Origin: a bacterium
GTDB lineage: Bacteria; Bacillota_I; Bacilli_A; RF39; UBA660
Reading direction: 5' to 3'
Assembly (NCBI GenBank): GCA_029099845.1
Contig: JAQXOT010000024.1
Location: forward strand, 5,729-69,728
Length of the DNA: 64,000 nucleotides
The position numbers and the translations under genes were made by a program. Below the pieces are notes generated by a model, which was given only the letters and a program-made list of their open reading frames with translations, ran no database searches and had not been told where the DNA came from. Below are positions 9,549 through 19,675 of the stretch, one piece after another (position 1 is the stretch's first letter; the number at the start of each line of letters is the position of its first letter).

Positions 9549-11057
9549 TTACTCGCTTCTAAGTGTTTCTACAGGGTCTTTTTTACTTGCCAAGCTTGAA
9601 GGAATTAAACCACCAATAAGAGTTAATACAACACTAATTAATATTAACAATAAAGCCCCACCAAGTGGCAACTGACTCAAGTTACTAACTCCAGCCAAAT
9701 GTTTGATAATCATATTTACCGGTATATTAAGTAATAAGGTTACCAAAATACCAATAATTCCAGCTACCAATCCAATAATTAAAGTTTCCGCATTAAACAC
9801 TCTAGAAACATCTTTTTTACTAGCACCAATTGCTCTTAAAATTCCTATTTCTTTTGTCCTTTCAAGAACACTAATATAAGTAATAATACCAATCATAATA
9901 CTAGATACTACAAGGGAAATAGAAACAAAACCAATAAGTACATAACTTATTATGTCAATAATACTAGTTACACTAGACATAAGCATTCCTACCAAATCAG
10001 AATAACTAATAACATTGCCATCATTATTTTGTTCTTCTTGTTTTTTATTATATTCTTCAATAACATCTTTTACTTGATCTTTAGCTTCAAAATCTTTCGC
10101 ATAAATATAAATTGCGGAAGGATTATCTAAATCAATTGGACCTAATTCTAATAACATATCTTCATAAGTAAAACTAGCTTGTTCTTTATATTTTGCAATG
10201 ACATCAGTAAGTTCATCAGTATATAAACTTTGTAAATATTTCTTTTGCTCAATACTTAAACTATCAACACTAAAATCATTATTACTAAATGAAAGACCAG
10301 TTATAACATTCTTATCTGGATTATTTTTTTGATCTTTAACAATTTCCGAATTATTAATAGTTTCAATAACATATTTTTCCAATGCATCAGTATATAATAT
10401 ACCGCCCATAGAATTAGCTTTTACAGTAGCATCAGGATTAGGTTTTAAAATACCAACCACTTTAATTTCTAAAGCATCATTTAATTTTTCCTTTAAATAT
10501 TCCTCATCATTTCTTTTATCAACCCAAAGTCCATTTTCATTTTTATAATAATCAGTGTTCAATAATAGTTTGAATTTTGTATTTAATAATTCATCATAAG
10601 AATAACTTACTACTTCAGAAACTACTTCTTCACCATTAGTAATTTTTTCATACATTTCTTTTAATTCATTTTGATCTTTTAAACCTAAGGCATATAATAC
10701 ATAGTCACTAATTTGTTCATTAGAATCAACTACCAAAACCACTTCGTTATACTTCTTTGGCATTCTACCACTTATAACTGTATACATATTATTATTAATT
10801 TCATCATTTTCAAACATTTCACTGAATACATCATTTATTACTAAAGAAGAAGCCATTCCTTTATTAGCTAAACCCATACTTTCTAAAACAGTATTAGGAT
10901 TAACTTGGGCAATGCCATTTGAGGTATCAGCTTTAAAAAGTTGTAGATCCAAATGATATTCATAGCCAATTGCTGTTGTATAATCAGCTAATTTATTATT
11001 GCTTTCAATATATTTTTTAAAAGCTTTCAAATTATTAGCATTAACTTTACTACTCAT
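9549..11057 (-). CDS. ABC transporter permease part (MacB/FtsX type: extracytoplasmic domain plus TM2-4), 3' portion of a split fused gene
   Basis: C-terminal FtsX domain (ERTKEIGILRAIGASKKDV, three TM helices). It lacks the first TM helix, which is encoded at the end of ORF 11063..12118. Its frame is open upstream of its ATG back to the A7 run. Confidence 0.75.
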   Translation of the reverse strand: MSSKVNANNLKAFKKYIESNNKLADYTTAIGYEYHLDLQLFKADTSNGIAQVNPNTVLESMGLANKGMASSLVINDVFSEMFENDEINNNMYTVISGRMPKKYNEVVLVVDSNEQISDYVLYALGLKDQNELKEMYEKITNGEEVVSEVVSYSYDELLNTKFKLLLNTDYYKNENGLWVDKRNDEEYLKEKLNDALEIKVVGILKPNPDATVKANSMGGILYTDALEKYVIETINNSEIVKDQKNNPDKNVITGLSFSNNDFSVDSLSIEQKKYLQSLYTDELTDVIAKYKEQASFTYEDMLLELGPIDLDNPSAIYIYAKDFEAKDQVKDVIEEYNKKQEEQNNDGNVISYSDLVGMLMSSVTSIIDIISYVLIGFVSISLVVSSIMIGIITYISVLERTKEIGILRAIGASKKDVSRVFNAETLIIGLVAGIIGILVTLLLNIPVNMIIKHLAGVSNLSQLPLGGALLLILISVVLTLIGGLIPSSLASKKDPVETLRSE

Positions 11058-11062
11058 TATAG

Positions 11063-12118
11063 CTAAAGTATCAGCAATGGTATTATTAGAAGTAATTTTT
11101 TTATTTTTATCATTTTTTTGTCTTTATCATTTAATATTTCTTCTCTTCGTTCATTAATGGCACTCGTTAAATCAATACTTGACTCTTCAATTACCAAAGG
11201 GTAGGAGGTTAAAGTTTCCTCTTGCACTCGATTAATATAGTTTTGTACACCACTTGATAATGATAAAATAAGAGCAATACCAATAATTCCTATTGATCCA
11301 GCAAAAGCAGTAAGCGGTGTTCTTCCTTTTTTAGTCATTAAATTATTTAAAGACAATGATAGGGCAGTTAAAAAACTCATAGAAGTCTTCTTTGGCTTTT
11401 TCTTTTCCACTTCCAAATCTTCTTTTGTATTTACTGTTCCATCATAAGGATTAGTATCATCAATTATTTTTCCATCTTTAAGTTTTATAATTCTATTAGA
11501 ATATTCTGATGCTAGTTCGGGATTATGCGTAACCATAATGACTAATTTTTCCTTGGCCACACTTTTTAAAAGTTCCATAATTTGTTTACTAGTTTCAGAA
11601 TCAAGTGCTCCCGTTGGTTCATCCGCTAAAACAATATCTGGATCATTAACCAATGCTCTAGCAATAGCAACTCGTTGCATTTGCCCACCAGATAATTGAC
11701 TAGGCTTTTTATTCATATGTTTTAAAAGTCCAACTTCTTTTAAGGCTTTTTTAGCTTTTTTAACTCTTTCTGTCTTAGAAACACCCGATAATGTTAAAGC
11801 TAATTCAACATTTTTTAAAATAGTTTGATGAGCAATTAAATTATAACTTTGAAAAACAAATCCAACTCTATGATTTCTATAACTATCCCAGTCTCTATCA
11901 GTATATTTTTTAGTACTTACTTCATTAATAATTAAGTCTCCGCTAGTATATTGATCTAGTCCAACAATAATATTTAAAAGGGTAGTTTTACCACTTCCAC
12001 TAGGGCCTAAAATAGATGCAAATTCATTTTTTCTAAAATTAATTGAAATACAATCCAATGCTGTTTGCTTTAAATCTTCAGTTTCATATACTTTACTTAT
12101 TTTTTTTAATTCTAGCAT
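11063..12118 (-). CDS. ABC transporter ATP-binding part (MacB-type) carrying permease TM1, 5' portion of a split fused gene
   Basis: ATG 12118 after GGAGAA; Walker A GPSGSGKTT, signature LSGGQMQRVAIARAL, Walker B IVLADEPTGALD; then TM helix TPLTAFAGSIGIIGIALILSL and the start of the periplasmic domain before an abrupt out-of-frame tail. Confidence 0.8.
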   Translation of the reverse strand: MLELKKISKVYETEDLKQTALDCISINFRKNEFASILGPSGSGKTTLLNIIVGLDQYTSGDLIINEVSTKKYTDRDWDSYRNHRVGFVFQSYNLIAHQTILKNVELALTLSGVSKTERVKKAKKALKEVGLLKHMNKKPSQLSGGQMQRVAIARALVNDPDIVLADEPTGALDSETSKQIMELLKSVAKEKLVIMVTHNPELASEYSNRIIKLKDGKIIDDTNPYDGTVNTKEDLEVEKKKPKKTSMSFLTALSLSLNNLMTKKGRTPLTAFAGSIGIIGIALILSLSSGVQNYINRVQEETLTSYPLVIEESSIDLTSAINERREEILNDKDKKMIKIKKLLLIIPLLIL

Positions 12119-12174
12119 ATCTTTCTCCATCATTAATATAGTATTAGATAATTGTAATTTTTAAAACAATACAC

Positions 12175-12597
12175 CTATTGTTTAATTAAAATATTTTTAA
12201 TTTTATTTGCCAATCTTATATATTCCTTAGTATCTTCAATCCCAAGTTCATCTATTACATATTTGATATTTTTTATTGCATCATCTTTAACCTGACTAGC
12301 GAGTTTTTTTCCTTCCAAAGTAATACCAACAACAGTTTTTCTCTTATCAGCCTCATTTGGATATCTTTTAATTAATCCCTTATTTTCCAGTGAATTTAAA
12401 ATACTTGCAATTCTAGCAGTTGTAACATTTAATTCCTCACTGAGCTTACCGGCTAAAACGTTATCACTATCAAAAAATAAATAAGATAAAACTCCAATTT
12501 CACCTCTATTATATTCATCCAATATTTTACTTAGCGAAGTAACTTGCTGCTTTCTTATTTGATGAAATATACTTTCAGCAACTTCTTCAGTTTTCAT
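12175..12597 (-). CDS. MarR-family transcriptional regulator
   Basis: Winged-helix region LSEELNVTTARIASILNSLENKGLIKRYPNEADKRKTVVGITLEG; 41 nt upstream of the ABC gene on the same strand. Confidence 0.85.
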   Translation of the reverse strand: MKTEEVAESIFHQIRKQQVTSLSKILDEYNRGEIGVLSYLFFDSDNVLAGKLSEELNVTTARIASILNSLENKGLIKRYPNEADKRKTVVGITLEGKKLASQVKDDAIKNIKYVIDELGIEDTKEYIRLANKIKNILIKQ

Positions 12598-12724
12598 ATT
12601 ATCACCTTAATATCTAATACTATTAGTAATTATATCGTTATTAATATATTTATGCAATGTTTTCACTTAAAATCACATATTTTCTCATATTAAAAAAAGA
12701 TAAAATGTCAAAACAAAAAGGTAA

Positions 12725-12753
12725 TGTAAAAAAGAATTCTTTTATGTTATAAT
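12725..12753 (+). promoter_or_regulatory. adhE promoter candidate (extended -10) with a palindrome in the spacer
   Basis: TGTAAA (12725-12730), 17 nt, TGTTATAAT (TATAAT 12748-12753); perfect 14-bp palindrome AAAAGAATTCTTTT at 12730-12743. Confidence 0.35.
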
Positions 12754-12837
12754 TAGAATATAAAAGGTAGAAATTAGTAATTAAACTAATAAGTAAATTA
12801 TAATAAAAGTTTAAGTAGAAGCTATGGAGGAAAAAAT

Positions 12838-15447
12838 ATGAACAAAGAGCATGAATATATAGATAATATTGAGGCATTAGAAAATACTTTTTCTAAAGTT
12901 AAAGCTGCACAAAAAGAATATTCTAAGTATACTCAAGAACAAGTGGATAATATATTTAAAGAATCCGCCATGGCTGCTAACAAAGAAAGAATTAGCTTAG
13001 CCAAAATGGCAGTTGAAGAAACCGGTATGGGAGTTGTTGAGGATAAAATTATTAAAAACCATTATGCCGCAGAATATATCTATAATGCTTACAAAGACGC
13101 AAAAACTTGTGACGTTATTGAAGAAAATCAAAGTGATGGTATAAAAAAGATTGCTGAACCACTCGGTATTATTACTGCTGTCATTCCAACAACTAATCCA
13201 ACATCAACAACGATATTTAAAATCTTGCTAGCTCTAAAGACTCGTAATGGCATTATCATCAGTCCCCATCCACGAGCCAAAAAATCAACCATTGCCACTG
13301 CCAAAATAATGTTAACAGCCGCAATTAAAGCTGGAGCTCCAGAAAATATTATTTCTTGGATAGATGAACCATCTTTAGAATTAACTAACCACGCTATGCA
13401 ACTTTCTGATACAATTCTCGCAACTGGTGGGCCAGGAATGGTTGCTGCCGCATATTCAAGCGGAAAACCAGCTCTAGGTGTTGGGGCAGGAAATACACCA
13501 GCCATTATCGATAAGAGTGCTAATATACCATCTGCCGTAAATTCAATCATTCATTCCAAGACTTTTGATAATGGGATGATTTGTGCCTCTGAACAATCAG
13601 TAATAGTTGATGCGGCCATTTACGATGAAGTAAAAAAAGAATTTAAAAGACGTGGTTGTCATATTTTAGGAGTCAAAGAACTTAACAAAATACGAAAAAC
13701 TATCATCATAAACGGTGCCCTTAACGCAAAAATAGTTGGGCAATCAGCATTTAAAATTGCCACTCTTGCGGGCGTTAAAGTTGAAGAAAAAACCAAAATA
13801 TTAATTGGTGAAGTAGAAAGTACAGATTTATCTGAAGAATTTGCTCATGAAAAATTGTCTCCCATCCTAGCCATGTATAAAGCTAAAAACTTTTCTGACG
13901 CCTTAGACAAAGCTCACAATTTAATATTAAATGGTGGCCTAGGGCATACGGCCTCATTACACATTAACGCCGTAACAGAAAAAGAAAAAATAGACCAATT
14001 TTCCAGCAAAATGAAAGCCTGCCGTATTTTAATTAACACACCATCTTCACAAGGCGGAATAGGGGACATTTATAATTTTAAATTACCACCATCCTTAACA
14101 TTAGGATGTGGTTCTTGGGGTGGAAATTCAATTTCTGAAAACGTTGGAATAAAACATCTAATTAATATCAAAACCGTCGCTGAAAGGAGAGAAAATATGC
14201 TTTGGTTTAGAACCCCTGAAAAAGTTTATATAAAAAAAGGTTGCTTAAAAGTAGCCCTTGATGAGCTTAAAACCGTTATGAATAAAAAACGCGCTTTTAT
14301 AGTTACAGACAAATTTTTATATGAAAACGGTTATACAAAAGAAATTACTAAAAAACTCGATGAAATGGGAATTGTACATACAACTTTTTTTGATGTCATG
14401 CCAGATCCCACTCTAAGTTGTGCTATGGCCGGTGCCAAAGCCATGGAAAACTTTAAACCGGATTGTATTATCGCTATAGGTGGTGGTTCTGCCATGGATG
14501 CTGGTAAAATAATGTGGGTTTTATATGAACATCCAGAAGTAGATTTCATGGATATGGCTATGCGCTTTATGGACATTAGAAAAAGAGTCTATCATTTTCC
14601 TAAAATGGGCGAAAAAGCTTATTTCATCGCCATACCAACCTCTGCCGGTACTGGCTCAGAGGTAACACCATTCGCCGTTATAACTGATGATGAAACAAAA
14701 ACTAAATACCCTCTAGCAGATTATGAATTAATGCCAAAAATGGCTATAGTTGACTCTCAATTAATGTTAAAATCTCCACCAAGCTTAACTGCCTCATCAG
14801 GAATAGATGCTCTAACTCACGATTTAGAAGCGCTTGCTTCTATGATGGCAACTGACTATACTGATGCGGTTGCTAAAGAATCCCTAAAAAATATCTTTGA
14901 GTATTTGCCACGCGCTTATAAAAATGGGGAAAAAGATCCAGAAGCCCGAGAGAAAATGGCCAATGCTGCTACCATGGCCGGTATGGCCTTTGCCAATGCT
15001 TTCCTAGGAGTTTGCCATTCCATGGCTCATAAACTTGGAGCATTTCATCATCTTCCTCATGGTATTGCCAACGCCTTATTAATTGAAGAAGTAATTAAAT
15101 TTAATAGCGCTGAAGTTCCAACTAAAATGGGGACATTCTCACAATACGATTATCCTAAGACATTAAGAAAATATGCCTCAGCCGCAGAAAGCCTAGGAAT
15201 AACTGGCAAAAATGATACTGAGAAAGTTAATAAATTACTTGCTAAAATAACTAAGCTAAAAAAAGATATTGGTATTAAAAATTCTATTAAAGCATACGGT
15301 ATTTCCGAAAAAGCATTTCTAGAAACATTAGATGAAATGACCGAGCAAGCCTTTGATGATCAGTGTACTGGAACAAATCCAAGATATCCATTAATGAGTG
15401 AAATAAAAGAAATGTACCTAAGAGCTTATTATGGAGGTAAAAAATAA
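12838..15447 (+). CDS. adhE: bifunctional acetaldehyde-CoA / alcohol dehydrogenase
   Basis: 869 aa; N-terminal aldehyde dehydrogenase domain (catalytic region FDNGMICASEQS) fused to a C-terminal iron-type alcohol dehydrogenase (GGGSAMDAGK, HSMAHKLG). Confidence 0.95.
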   Translation: MNKEHEYIDNIEALENTFSKVKAAQKEYSKYTQEQVDNIFKESAMAANKERISLAKMAVEETGMGVVEDKIIKNHYAAEYIYNAYKDAKTCDVIEENQSDGIKKIAEPLGIITAVIPTTNPTSTTIFKILLALKTRNGIIISPHPRAKKSTIATAKIMLTAAIKAGAPENIISWIDEPSLELTNHAMQLSDTILATGGPGMVAAAYSSGKPALGVGAGNTPAIIDKSANIPSAVNSIIHSKTFDNGMICASEQSVIVDAAIYDEVKKEFKRRGCHILGVKELNKIRKTIIINGALNAKIVGQSAFKIATLAGVKVEEKTKILIGEVESTDLSEEFAHEKLSPILAMYKAKNFSDALDKAHNLILNGGLGHTASLHINAVTEKEKIDQFSSKMKACRILINTPSSQGGIGDIYNFKLPPSLTLGCGSWGGNSISENVGIKHLINIKTVAERRENMLWFRTPEKVYIKKGCLKVALDELKTVMNKKRAFIVTDKFLYENGYTKEITKKLDEMGIVHTTFFDVMPDPTLSCAMAGAKAMENFKPDCIIAIGGGSAMDAGKIMWVLYEHPEVDFMDMAMRFMDIRKRVYHFPKMGEKAYFIAIPTSAGTGSEVTPFAVITDDETKTKYPLADYELMPKMAIVDSQLMLKSPPSLTASSGIDALTHDLEALASMMATDYTDAVAKESLKNIFEYLPRAYKNGEKDPEAREKMANAATMAGMAFANAFLGVCHSMAHKLGAFHHLPHGIANALLIEEVIKFNSAEVPTKMGTFSQYDYPKTLRKYASAAESLGITGKNDTEKVNKLLAKITKLKKDIGIKNSIKAYGISEKAFLETLDEMTEQAFDDQCTGTNPRYPLMSEIKEMYLRAYYGGKK

Positions 15448-16208
15448 TGGAATATAAGTTAGACAATAAAATAGCTGAACGCAAAAATAAAGAAATATTT
15501 AAAGAAAATGGTAAATCAATTAAACTTTTTACGGAGGGCTATAAAAAAAGTGATATTTTAAACGAGGCCTTAAATCAAGCTAGGGTGGAAGAAAATACTG
15601 ATTTGTATATTCCTAAACTATTAGAAGTCAAAATGATAAATAATCGTTGGGCTCTAATTTCAGAATATATAGAAGGAACAACGTTAGAAGAACTAATGAA
15701 AAAAAATCCTAAAAAAATAGATTTCTATCTTGAAAAGTTCGTTGATATTCAACTAACTATTCACTCAAAAAACGTCCCACTCCTTAACCGTTTAAAAGAT
15801 AAGTTTCGTCGAAAACTAACCAATACTTCACTAATTGCTCCTAATACCAAATATGAACTGCTTCAAAGATTAGAAGGAATGAAAGATCACACTAAACTTT
15901 GTCATGGAGATTATACGCCAAGTAATGTTATAATCACCCCAAGTGGCAAATATTATGTCATGGACTGGGCTCACGCTACTATTGGTAATGCCTCAGCCGA
16001 TTGTGCTAGAACATTTTTAACATTTTCTATGCGAGGAGAAGAAACTTTAGCTAAAAAATATTTAGAATTGTTCTCTAAAAAGAGTAAAATACCAAAAAGT
16101 AGTATAGAGCGTTGGATTCCAATTGTTGCCGCCACTCAAATGACAAAGGGAATAGAAGAAGAGCAAGATTTTTTGCAAAAATGGATTGATATTGTAGATT
16201 ATGAATAA
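15447..16208 (+). CDS. aminoglycoside/choline-kinase-like phosphotransferase family protein
   Basis: Kinase catalytic loop LCHGDYTPSNVII and metal-binding VMDWAHA; ATG overlaps the adhE stop (TAATG) with GGAGG 10 nt upstream. Confidence 0.7.
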   Translation: MEYKLDNKIAERKNKEIFKENGKSIKLFTEGYKKSDILNEALNQARVEENTDLYIPKLLEVKMINNRWALISEYIEGTTLEELMKKNPKKIDFYLEKFVDIQLTIHSKNVPLLNRLKDKFRRKLTNTSLIAPNTKYELLQRLEGMKDHTKLCHGDYTPSNVIITPSGKYYVMDWAHATIGNASADCARTFLTFSMRGEETLAKKYLELFSKKSKIPKSSIERWIPIVAATQMTKGIEEEQDFLQKWIDIVDYE

Positions 16209-16301
16209 TAAAGAAAAAATAAAACAAGATAATTAATAAAATAAAGCATAGAAAGAAAGGAAGTAATCAAACAGCATCATATAAGATTACTAAATAAAGT
16301 T

Positions 16302-17024
16302 ATGATTAAAATTAAAAATATTACTAAAACTTATAGTAATAATATTAAAGCCGTTGATAATCTCAATTTAACCGTGAATGATGGTGAAATTGTTGGTTTT
16401 ATAGGCCCAAATGGAGCAGGTAAGACAACAGCTTTAAAAATGCTTACAGGTATTATCGAACCTGATAATGGTGAAATATATATTAATAAGTACAACCTAA
16501 AAAAAGACCCACTTAAAGCGAAGCAAGAAATTGGCTATATTCCTGATAACCCTGATATGTTTCTTCGCCTAAAAGGAATTGAATATATTAATTTAGTTGC
16601 GGATATTTATCAAGTCCCAACCAAAGACCGGCAAAAAAGAATTAAAGATTTAGCCAAATGCTTTGAATTAGAAGATAGTCTTGATTTACAAATGCAAAGC
16701 TATTCCCATGGCATGCGTCAAAAAATGATGATTGTAGCAACGCTTGTCCATAATCCATCAGTTTGGATTCTTGATGAACCATTAATCGGACTAGATCCAA
16801 AATCAGCCTTTACCTTAAAAAAATTGATGCGGCAACATGTCTCATCAGGAAACTCCGTACTTTTTTCAACTCATGTTTTAGAAGTAGCAGAAAAATTGTG
16901 TGATAAAGTTATTATTATTAATCATGGAAAAACCTTATTCTATGGCACTCTAGAAGAGTTAAAAGAGAAATATACTGATAAAGATTTAGAAAAGATTTTC
17001 TTGGAGATGACTTCCGATGAATAG
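16302..17024 (+). CDS. ABC transporter ATP-binding protein
   Basis: Walker A GPNGAGKTT, signature YSHGMRQKMMIV, Walker B WILDEPLIGLD. Confidence 0.85.
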   Translation: MIKIKNITKTYSNNIKAVDNLNLTVNDGEIVGFIGPNGAGKTTALKMLTGIIEPDNGEIYINKYNLKKDPLKAKQEIGYIPDNPDMFLRLKGIEYINLVADIYQVPTKDRQKRIKDLAKCFELEDSLDLQMQSYSHGMRQKMMIVATLVHNPSVWILDEPLIGLDPKSAFTLKKLMRQHVSSGNSVLFSTHVLEVAEKLCDKVIIINHGKTLFYGTLEELKEKYTDKDLEKIFLEMTSDE

Positions 17025-18681
17025 TTACAAAGCTTTAACCAAAACCTTTATTTCACAATTATCTATGAGCAAAGCTCAAGACAAACGTCGCCAAATAATG
17101 ATAACAATTCTATCAATTTTTGCAGTAGTAGGAATTATTATCCCAGTAGCTTTATTAACCGGTTTTTTCGTCAAAGTAACAACAGAGTCCCTTCTTGATG
17201 TAAGTCTAGAAACACTGACTATAAAACTAATGCTTTACGTAATTTGTATTTTTACTGTTGTTTTTGGCATAAGTGTTATTTTAAATGAACTATATTTTTC
17301 AAATGATATTGAATATCTTCTTCCCTGGCCATTACGAACTTGGCAAATAGTAGCCTCTAAATTTACTTCTGCCTATATTGGTGAAAATCTTATGCAATTT
17401 GTTTTTACCTTAGCTTGTATTATCGGTTTCGGCTTAGGTACTAATATGGGAATCCTAAACTGGATTATAGCAATTGTCGGGATTCCCCTTATAACATTGC
17501 TTCCTATGACATATTGTGCAATTATTAGTATTTTAATTATGCGTTTTACTAGATTATTTAAAAATAAAGACCTCGTTCAAAAAATTACTATTTTCATTAT
17601 ATTTATAGTCTTACTTTTATTATTAGGGTTAACTAAAACAATAAAAAACTTTGATCTAGATATCTTTGTAAACAATATCAGTAATATAAATAACAGTAAT
17701 TTTAAAATTCTTCAAATTTTATTTCCTAATGTACCAGTATATATAAATGCTATTAATAATGGTAGTATTTTATCCTTTATTTTATACTTATTAATAAATC
17801 TTATTTCCATAGGAATCATGTTATTAATTGCTGAATTATTTTATTATAAAGGAGTAATTAACTTAGCAATAAATAATCATAGCAGTAATAGAAAAACAAT
17901 AACAAAACTAATTGCCACAAGTAAAAAAAAGCCAGTTTTTCTATCTTATTTCTTAAAAGAAGTTAAAATTTTATATCGAACTCCGACTTTTTATACTCAT
18001 TGTATTGTTGCTAATTTTCTTTGGCCAATATTCTTCTATGCTATTTGTAAAATTCAAGAGAGTGGAGTAACCATAACTTGGTTAAGAGAAAATTATATGT
18101 ATAATCAAAATATAAAACTTTTTATTGTAACTTTTATTATTGGAATTTCTTCTTTTGTTGCTTCTCTTAATAGTATCAGTTCTAATGCTATATCAAGAGA
18201 AGGAAAACATTTTTCTTTCATGAAATATATCCCAGTAAATTATAAAATTCAACTTCACGCTAAAGCTCTTGTTGGAATTATCTTTGCCTTCTTAGGTGTT
18301 ATGATTTTTTTCATACCAGCTTGCTTCATTTTAAAAATACCTATTACGCATATAATTATTTATACTATATTGGGAACACTATCAATTATTTTTATCTCTT
18401 ATTTAGGTCTATATATAGATTCAATTCAGCCTAAACTAGTATGGAATGAGGAATTAAGCGTCTTAAGAGAAAACTATAATATGTTTTATTCTATGGCCAT
18501 AACCATTGACTACATTGCCTTAATTTGTTTTGGTGGTTACTTTCTTTTAAAAGATCTAAATCTATCATTTTTACAAATATCAATTATCTTTATAAGCATA
18601 GTAATGATCTGTAATTTAGTTATCTATCTAATATCAAAGAAAAATATTATCAGAAACATTGCTACACAAGAAGAGATGTAA
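17017..18681 (+). CDS. multi-pass ABC exporter permease (putative)
   Basis: Overlaps the ATPase gene by 8 nt; 554 aa with about 12 hydrophobic spans; no other motif. Confidence 0.6.
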   Translation: MNSYKALTKTFISQLSMSKAQDKRRQIMITILSIFAVVGIIIPVALLTGFFVKVTTESLLDVSLETLTIKLMLYVICIFTVVFGISVILNELYFSNDIEYLLPWPLRTWQIVASKFTSAYIGENLMQFVFTLACIIGFGLGTNMGILNWIIAIVGIPLITLLPMTYCAIISILIMRFTRLFKNKDLVQKITIFIIFIVLLLLLGLTKTIKNFDLDIFVNNISNINNSNFKILQILFPNVPVYINAINNGSILSFILYLLINLISIGIMLLIAELFYYKGVINLAINNHSSNRKTITKLIATSKKKPVFLSYFLKEVKILYRTPTFYTHCIVANFLWPIFFYAICKIQESGVTITWLRENYMYNQNIKLFIVTFIIGISSFVASLNSISSNAISREGKHFSFMKYIPVNYKIQLHAKALVGIIFAFLGVMIFFIPACFILKIPITHIIIYTILGTLSIIFISYLGLYIDSIQPKLVWNEELSVLRENYNMFYSMAITIDYIALICFGGYFLLKDLNLSFLQISIIFISIVMICNLVIYLISKKNIIRNIATQEEM

Positions 18682-18729
18682 TAAAATATAATATTAAATT
18701 AATATTCATAATACAAAGAGGAGGACTAT

Positions 18730-19593
18730 ATGTCAAAAGTATATTTTTCAAAAAACTTAAGCAGTGAAAATCTAGTAAAATTGTACAAATTAGAAGAAGA
18801 TAAATTATTTGGCAATATTGCTATTAAAGTTCATTCTGGAGAAGCAGGAAATCAAAATTTTCTTCATCCAGAATATTTTAAGGACATAATAAAATATGTT
18901 AATGGTACTGTAGTTGAATGTAACACTGCATATGACGGAAAAAGAAACACAACAGATAAGCATCTAAAACTTTTAAAAGAGCATGGTTGGGAAAAATATT
19001 TTAAAGTCAACCTATTAGACGCTGAAGGCCCAGATAAAGTTCTTGAAATTAAAGAAGGAAAAGTAATTAAGAAAAACTATGTCGGTAAAGATCTTAAAAA
19101 CTATGATTCACTACTTGTCTTATCACACTTTAAAGGACATCCTATGGGTGGTTATGGTGGAGCCTTGAAACAACTATCCATTGGGCTTGCTTCTTCCTAT
19201 GGAAAAGCCTATATCCATGGAGCTGGTGATCCTAGTAAAATTTGGACCGCCGACCATGATAAATTCTTAGAATCAATGGCCGACGCAGCTAAATCAATAG
19301 TTGACTATTTTAATGGTCATATTGTTTATATTAATGTTTTAGCTAATATGTCTGTTGACTGTGATTGCTGTGCCAAAGCAGAAGATCCATGTATGCAAGA
19401 TATTGGTATTCTTTTATCAACTGACCCAGTGGCAATTGATCAAGCCGCCATTGATTTAGTATATAATAGCTCTGATCCAGGGAAAAAACACTTAATTGAA
19501 AGAATTACATCACGCAATGGTCTACATACAATCGAAAGTGCCGCTAAATTGGCCATAGGATCAAAAGAATATGAATTAATAACAATTGATTAA
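18730..19593 (+). CDS. DUF362-family protein (putative Fe-S protein, COG2768-like)
   Basis: GAGGAGG RBS; KVHSGEAGN, SHFKGHPMGGYGGALKQLSIG and DCDCC motifs typical of DUF362. Confidence 0.65.
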   Translation: MSKVYFSKNLSSENLVKLYKLEEDKLFGNIAIKVHSGEAGNQNFLHPEYFKDIIKYVNGTVVECNTAYDGKRNTTDKHLKLLKEHGWEKYFKVNLLDAEGPDKVLEIKEGKVIKKNYVGKDLKNYDSLLVLSHFKGHPMGGYGGALKQLSIGLASSYGKAYIHGAGDPSKIWTADHDKFLESMADAAKSIVDYFNGHIVYINVLANMSVDCDCCAKAEDPCMQDIGILLSTDPVAIDQAAIDLVYNSSDPGKKHLIERITSRNGLHTIESAAKLAIGSKEYELITID

Positions 19594-19606
19594 AAAACAC
19601 AAATAT

Positions 19607-19636
19607 TTGACAATAACTAAAATTAGAATGTACAAT
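19607..19636 (+). promoter_or_regulatory. sigma-A promoter of the XRE gene 19676
   Basis: TTGACA (19607-19612), 18 nt, TACAAT (19631-19636). The spacer contains CTAAAATTAGAATG, words that recur upstream of the second XRE gene. Confidence 0.55.
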
Positions 19637-19675
19637 AACATAATAAATTATTAGTGGTAAAGAAGTGGGTGAAGT

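Noticed and set aside
12655-12700. Possible Rex operator upstream of adhE (TTTTCACTTAAAATCACA).
   Set aside because: The two TCAC elements are direct, not inverted. Only one half resembles the TGTGA/TCACA Rex half-site.
12650-12877. 75-aa ORF in the marR-adhE intergenic region.
   Set aside because: The translation is F/Y/L/N-rich low-complexity sequence from AT-rich promoter DNA. It overlaps the adhE start and has no RBS.
13128-13550. 140-aa ORF antisense to adhE (also 14331..14576 and 15287..15484).
   Set aside because: It lies entirely within the strongly supported adhE or kinase coding frames, has no RBS, and its composition mirrors the sense-strand codons. It is a typical shadow ORF.
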